64,000 nt of DNA from Candidatus Omnitrophota bacterium. GTDB taxonomy: Bacteria > Omnitrophota > Gorgyraeia > Zapsychrales > Fredricksoniimonadaceae. Numbering within the stretch: position 1 is the stretch's first letter; each line of letters opens with the position of its first letter. Below, piece after piece: positions 60,327-64,000 of the stretch. Below the pieces are notes generated by a model. The model saw only the letters and a program-made list of their open reading frames with translations, had not been told where the DNA came from and made no database searches. The stretch spans positions 206,114-270,113 of the forward strand of contig JBGAJA010000001.1 in assembly GCA_044225175.1 (NCBI GenBank), read 5' to 3'. The position numbers and the translations under genes are program-made.

Positions 60327-62600
60327 ATGGTTAAGGACCCCGTATGTGGAATGATGGTTGATCCATCAAAAGCGATCCATGCCTCTGTTGGGGGCATGGA
60401 TCACTATTTCTGTAGTACACACTGTAAAGAGAAGTTTCTAAGCAAGATTCAAGTGCCTGTGCCTGAAGCTAAATTTAATGGGAAAGCCATTTACACTTGT
60501 CCCATGCACCCTGAAATTAAGCAAGATCATCCAGGCGATTGTCCAAAATGCGGTATGCATTTGGAGCCACTCAACCCCACAGGTGGAGGAAATGAAGATC
60601 AAAAAGAGATTCATTCATTATCTCAAAAGTTTTGGATTGGCCTTACACTAACAATACCTTTGGTATTGTTAGTGTTGGGGGATATGATTCCAGCTGTCAA
60701 TCTTCAAGCATTCCTGCCTCAACATTTATTACCATTTTTACAATTAGCTTTAGCTACTCCTGTAGTTTTATGGACAGGGTGGATGTTTTTTGTTAAAGGC
60801 TGGCAATCTGTAATTAATAAAAGTCTTAATATGTTTACACTGATTGCTATTGGTGTTGGTGCAGCTTATGGGTACAGTACCATCGCAACTTTGTTTCCTC
60901 AAATTTTTCCTGAATCGCTTAAAAAAATGGGCAAGGTTGATCTCTATTTTGAAGCAGCAGCCGTCATCACAGTTTTAATTATTTTAGGACAATTATTAGA
61001 AGCTAAGGCTCGTAGTCAAACAGGTCAAGCTATCAAAGCACTTTTGGGGTTAGCTGCTAAGAATGCTCATCGCATTCAAAATGGAGTTGAGCAAGAAGTA
61101 GCTATTGATTCTGTTCAAAAAGGAGATTTGCTTAGAGTCCGTCCTGGAGAAAAAGTTCCTTTAGATGGTGTTATTACTGAAGGTCATAGTAGTATTGATG
61201 AATCGATGATTTCAGGTGAGCCAATTCCAGTTGAGAAGAATATTGGTGATCGAGTGATTGGTGCAACTGTTAACCAAACTGGCAGTTTTGTCATGAAGAC
61301 AGAAAGGGTGGGGGCAGAAACATTGCTGTCTCAAATTGTTCACATGGTTGCTGATGCTCAACGCAGTCGTGCTCCTATTCAAAAACTTGCTGACACTATA
61401 TCTGGTTATTTTGTTCCTGTTGTTATTTTGATTTCCGCTTTAACTTTTATTATTTGGTTGAATTGGGGGGTAGAGCCAAAGTTAGCATATGCGATTGTTA
61501 ATGCTATCGCAGTATTGATTATTGCTTGCCCGTGTGCTCTTGGCTTAGCTACACCTATGTCTATTATGGTTGGTGTTGGTCGTGGCGCACAAGCAGGAAT
61601 TTTAATTAAGAATGCTGAGGCTATTGAAAAATCTGAGAGAATTACCCATGTTCTAACCGATAAAACAGGAACACTGACCGAAGGTAAACCAAGGGTTACA
61701 ACTTGTGTCCCGAGTCGGGGCATAGATGAACAGCAACTTATAGGCATGGCTGCATCTATAGAACAAAGTAGCGAACATCCGTTAGCTCGTGCTGTGATTG
61801 ATTATGCAAAAGAAAGAAAAGTCAATTTGCAAGCTGTGCAGGATTTTGAATCGATTACAGGTGGTGGTATTAAGGGCAAGATCAATGGACAAGTGATTAT
61901 TTTGGGAAAGCAAAAATTTATTGAAGATCAAAAGATTACAATACCTGATGATTTAAAAAATAAAGCTGAACAATTACAAGAGAAGGCGCAGACTGTGGTT
62001 TGGTTAGCTGCTGATCAAAAAGTGATGGGAATGCTTGGAATTTCTGATCCTATTAAAAAATCAACTCCAGAGGCAATCGAAGCTCTTCATAAAATGGGGA
62101 TTAAGGTTGTGATGTTAACAGGAGATAATCAAAAGACAGCGGAAGTTATTGCTAAGGAACTTAAAATTGATGATGTTCGAGGGCAGTTAGAGCCAAAGAG
62201 TAAACAAGAGATAGTTAAAGAATTCAAATCCAAAGGTGCTGTAGTCATGATGGCAGGAGATGGTATTAATGATGCTCCAGCTTTGGCGCAAGCAGAGGTT
62301 GGTGTTGCGATGGGGACAGGAACAGATGTTGCTATTGAAAGTGCAGGAGTAACCTTGGTTAAAGGCGATCTTAACGGTATTGTTAAAACTTTACGATTAA
62401 GTAGAGCTGTTATGAAAAATATTCGTCAGAACTTATTTTTTGCATTTATTTATAATGTGTTGGGGATTCCTGTAGCCGCAGGTATTTTGTATCCTATTTT
62501 TGGCATTCTTTTAAGTCCCATTATCGCTGGCGCTGCGATGAGTTTCGGTTCAGTATCTGTTATTGGTAATGCTTTAAGGTTAAAGCGGTTGAGTTTTTGA
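60327..62600 (+). CDS. copA: Copper-translocating P1B-type ATPase with N-terminal TRASH/YHS and CPxH-type metal-binding domains
   Basis: DPVCGMMVD...YFCSTHC (TRASH). [26 protein letters not shown]. Transmembrane CPC motif. [21 protein letters not shown]. Confidence 0.9.
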   Translation: MVKDPVCGMMVDPSKAIHASVGGMDHYFCSTHCKEKFLSKIQVPVPEAKFNGKAIYTCPMHPEIKQDHPGDCPKCGMHLEPLNPTGGGNEDQKEIHSLSQKFWIGLTLTIPLVLLVLGDMIPAVNLQAFLPQHLLPFLQLALATPVVLWTGWMFFVKGWQSVINKSLNMFTLIAIGVGAAYGYSTIATLFPQIFPESLKKMGKVDLYFEAAAVITVLIILGQLLEAKARSQTGQAIKALLGLAAKNAHRIQNGVEQEVAIDSVQKGDLLRVRPGEKVPLDGVITEGHSSIDESMISGEPIPVEKNIGDRVIGATVNQTGSFVMKTERVGAETLLSQIVHMVADAQRSRAPIQKLADTISGYFVPVVILISALTFIIWLNWGVEPKLAYAIVNAIAVLIIACPCALGLATPMSIMVGVGRGAQAGILIKNAEAIEKSERITHVLTDKTGTLTEGKPRVTTCVPSRGIDEQQLIGMAASIEQSSEHPLARAVIDYAKERKVNLQAVQDFESITGGGIKGKINGQVIILGKQKFIEDQKITIPDDLKNKAEQLQEKAQTVVWLAADQKVMGMLGISDPIKKSTPEAIEALHKMGIKVVMLTGDNQKTAEVIAKELKIDDVRGQLEPKSKQEIVKEFKSKGAVVMMAGDGINDAPALAQAEVGVAMGTGTDVAIESAGVTLVKGDLNGIVKTLRLSRAVMKNIRQNLFFAFIYNVLGIPVAAGILYPIFGILLSPIIAGAAMSFGSVSVIGNALRLKRLSF

Positions 62601-62871
62601 TCTCAAGATAGATATTTGTTAAAAATATAGTATTTGAAAAAATATCAAATACTTCTTGACATTTAATAAAATATTTGTTGACAAATATTTTTGATCTGGT
62701 AATATTGTTTTCAGCAATTAGGAATAGTTGATTGCTACCGATTTCCCCGATCGGTTTAAGTAGTAGAAATTCCCCGAAGTTTGTTTTTATAGTTTAATTC
62801 AATGCTCAATTTCTTTTACCCCAAATCAAAGAAGTTGAACTCACAAGGTGCATTTTTTGTAAAAAGGACGC

Positions 62872-63642
62872 TTGTTTATGCGTGCGATTCCGCAAAAAAT
62901 TCAAATCTTGAAGTTCATAGGGGAACAGGGAATTGTTACTCTCTCTGATGTATCCCGCCATTTATTTAGTGAAGATAAGCTTTCTTATGTACGGGTTACT
63001 ATGTATGAGCTAGGTATAGCTCACAAAAAATACCCAGATGTAGCTAATGGTGTTTGGTTTATTGATAATCCAAAACTTTATGAGCTATTGAGTCTTTATT
63101 TTCCTGATTTTCCGCAATTAGAAGTCAAACCCTTTACCCTACATAAAATCCCACATAGTTTAGAAATAAACCGTATCCGCAGTACATTTACTCAATCCCA
63201 TCTTATTACAATTGATGAATGGTGGTCAGAAAGGTTGATCTGGGCATTGCCTGTTTCCCATCGTGAAGATTTTTGTAGCGATAAAGTCCCTGATGCTATT
63301 TTTTGGCGTAGACGTAAGGATGGTAGCCGACAAAAATATTTTCTTGAATATGAACGCACTTTAAAGAGTAAAGAGCGTTACGAAGAGATTTTTCGCTCTT
63401 ATGCCAAGTGTAAAGATGTCAAAGACCGCAATGTCATCTACATTTGCCAGACTCTGCGTATTAAAGAAGAGCTTCAAGACATAGAAGAACGCTTAGTCAA
63501 AGCAGGTCGATTAGCTGATGTTGCTCTCTATTTTCAATTCATTACCCTCGAAGGCTTTTATAAAACACATTCAAACCACAATTTAAAGGAGGAAGTAAAC
63601 CATGAACAAACTCAAAAAGTATACGCAAACGTATCTGTTTAA
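62872..63642 (+). CDS. Hypothetical winged-helix-like protein (possible mobile-element replication, relaxation or regulatory protein)
   Basis: N-terminal ILKFIGEQGIVTLSDVSRHLF is wHTH-like. Preceded by an inverted-repeat-rich intergenic region. Confidence 0.35.
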   Translation: MFMRAIPQKIQILKFIGEQGIVTLSDVSRHLFSEDKLSYVRVTMYELGIAHKKYPDVANGVWFIDNPKLYELLSLYFPDFPQLEVKPFTLHKIPHSLEINRIRSTFTQSHLITIDEWWSERLIWALPVSHREDFCSDKVPDAIFWRRRKDGSRQKYFLEYERTLKSKERYEEIFRSYAKCKDVKDRNVIYICQTLRIKEELQDIEERLVKAGRLADVALYFQFITLEGFYKTHSNHNLKEEVNHEQTQKVYANVSV

Positions 63643-63898
63643 TTGTTTATTAATGACATTTTTGTTCTTTATTCTTTTTAATACACCTGCTTTTGCTGAT
63701 TTAACTAGCAGTATGGAAGACTTGCAAAGCAGGGTAAGGAGTATTTGCACACCTTTAGCAATAATCTTTCTTGTCATTGCAGGTATGCAAAAGGCAATGG
63801 GGAATAACCAGATTTTTGTTCTGGCTTTGGTTGGAACAATCATCATGTTTGGGGCCCCACAAATTGTTTCTTTTATTAGCGCTGCCTTTGGAGGGTAA
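63602..63898 (+). CDS. TrbC/VirB2-like conjugative type IV secretion pilin
   Basis: 98 aa. Signal peptide ...NTPAFA|DL, then two hydrophobic helices separated by a short polar loop. Confidence 0.5.
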   Translation: MNKLKKYTQTYLFNCLLMTFLFFILFNTPAFADLTSSMEDLQSRVRSICTPLAIIFLVIAGMQKAMGNNQIFVLALVGTIIMFGAPQIVSFISAAFGG

Positions 63899-63903
63899 GA
63901 CTC

Positions 63904-64000
63904 ATGCGCCTTTACATGGAAAAATGTTTAAGGAATTTACAAGATAGGATGATTGTCTTTGGATTTGAAGGCTGGGACATATTCATTGTCCTAGGAGCTG
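63904..64000 (+). CDS. Partial ORF at the window edge (possible VirB3/TrbD-like small membrane protein)
   Basis: MRLYMEKCLRNLQDRMIVFGFEGWDIFIVLGA..., truncated by the window end. Confidence 0.25.
   Translation, partial: MRLYMEKCLRNLQDRMIVFGFEGWDIFIVLGA

Overview
This 64 kb window is AT-rich bacterial chromosome with almost every supported gene on the + strand. The 16S rRNA carries GGCTGCAGTCGAG in place of the usual GGCAGCAGTGGGG, which I associate with the PVC superphylum, but I make no firm taxon call. The window reads in four blocks:

- **Housekeeping block, 1–24.4 kb.** DUF1428 protein, a RelE/ParE-type toxin–antitoxin pair, miaB, a prepilin, nadA, metX-metW, a secreted S8 protease with FG-GAP-like repeats, a CDGSH protein, lhgO, hldD, a PadR regulator, a 1601-aa secreted giant protein, an acyl-CoA ligase, and a methionine-salvage trio (DeoD-type phosphorylase, mtnA, mtnB–SCP2 fusion) with an odd N-terminally truncated mtnA paralog.
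- **Secondary-metabolite cluster, 24.6–38.3 kb.** The gene content is that of a type II polyketide synthase (PKS) cluster: aldehyde dehydrogenase, B12-binding radical SAM enzyme, PCP_red-like and ApbA-like reductases, an NTF2/SnoaL-like protein, a ketosynthase (KS), a KS-like partner lacking all three catalytic residues, an acyl carrier protein (ACP), a PF04199-type cyclase, an SRPBCC cyclase, an MFS transporter, an SDR ketoreductase, and an ACMSD-like amidohydrolase.
- **rRNA operon and pilin operon.** 16S–tRNA-Ile–tRNA-Ala–23S–5S with a terminator, directly followed by a promoter and five consecutive prepilin-like genes, then serS, which looks leaderless.
- **Probable integrated element, 47.6 kb to the window end.** tRNA-Ser(CGA) sits immediately before a truncated integrase, followed by a 35-nt direct repeat of the tRNA 5' half. 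The region carries:
  - membrane proteins;
  - a minus-strand TIR-domain protein (candidate antiphage or NADase effector);
  - a densely structured intergenic element;
  - ArdA antirestriction protein;
  - a copper-resistance island, comprising:
    - a TolC-like outer-membrane efflux protein, a multicopper oxidase and a YHS protein;
    - a MerR regulator behind a 20-bp-spacer promoter;
    - a family of tiny CC/HH-motif peptides and a Met-rich periplasmic protein;
    - a CopA ATPase with TRASH and CPxH-type N-terminal metal-binding domains;
  - an inverted-repeat-rich intergenic region, a wHTH protein and a TrbC/VirB2-like conjugative pilin.

No CRISPR arrays or transposases were seen. Everything is called from motifs read directly in the sequence. 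No database searches were run.
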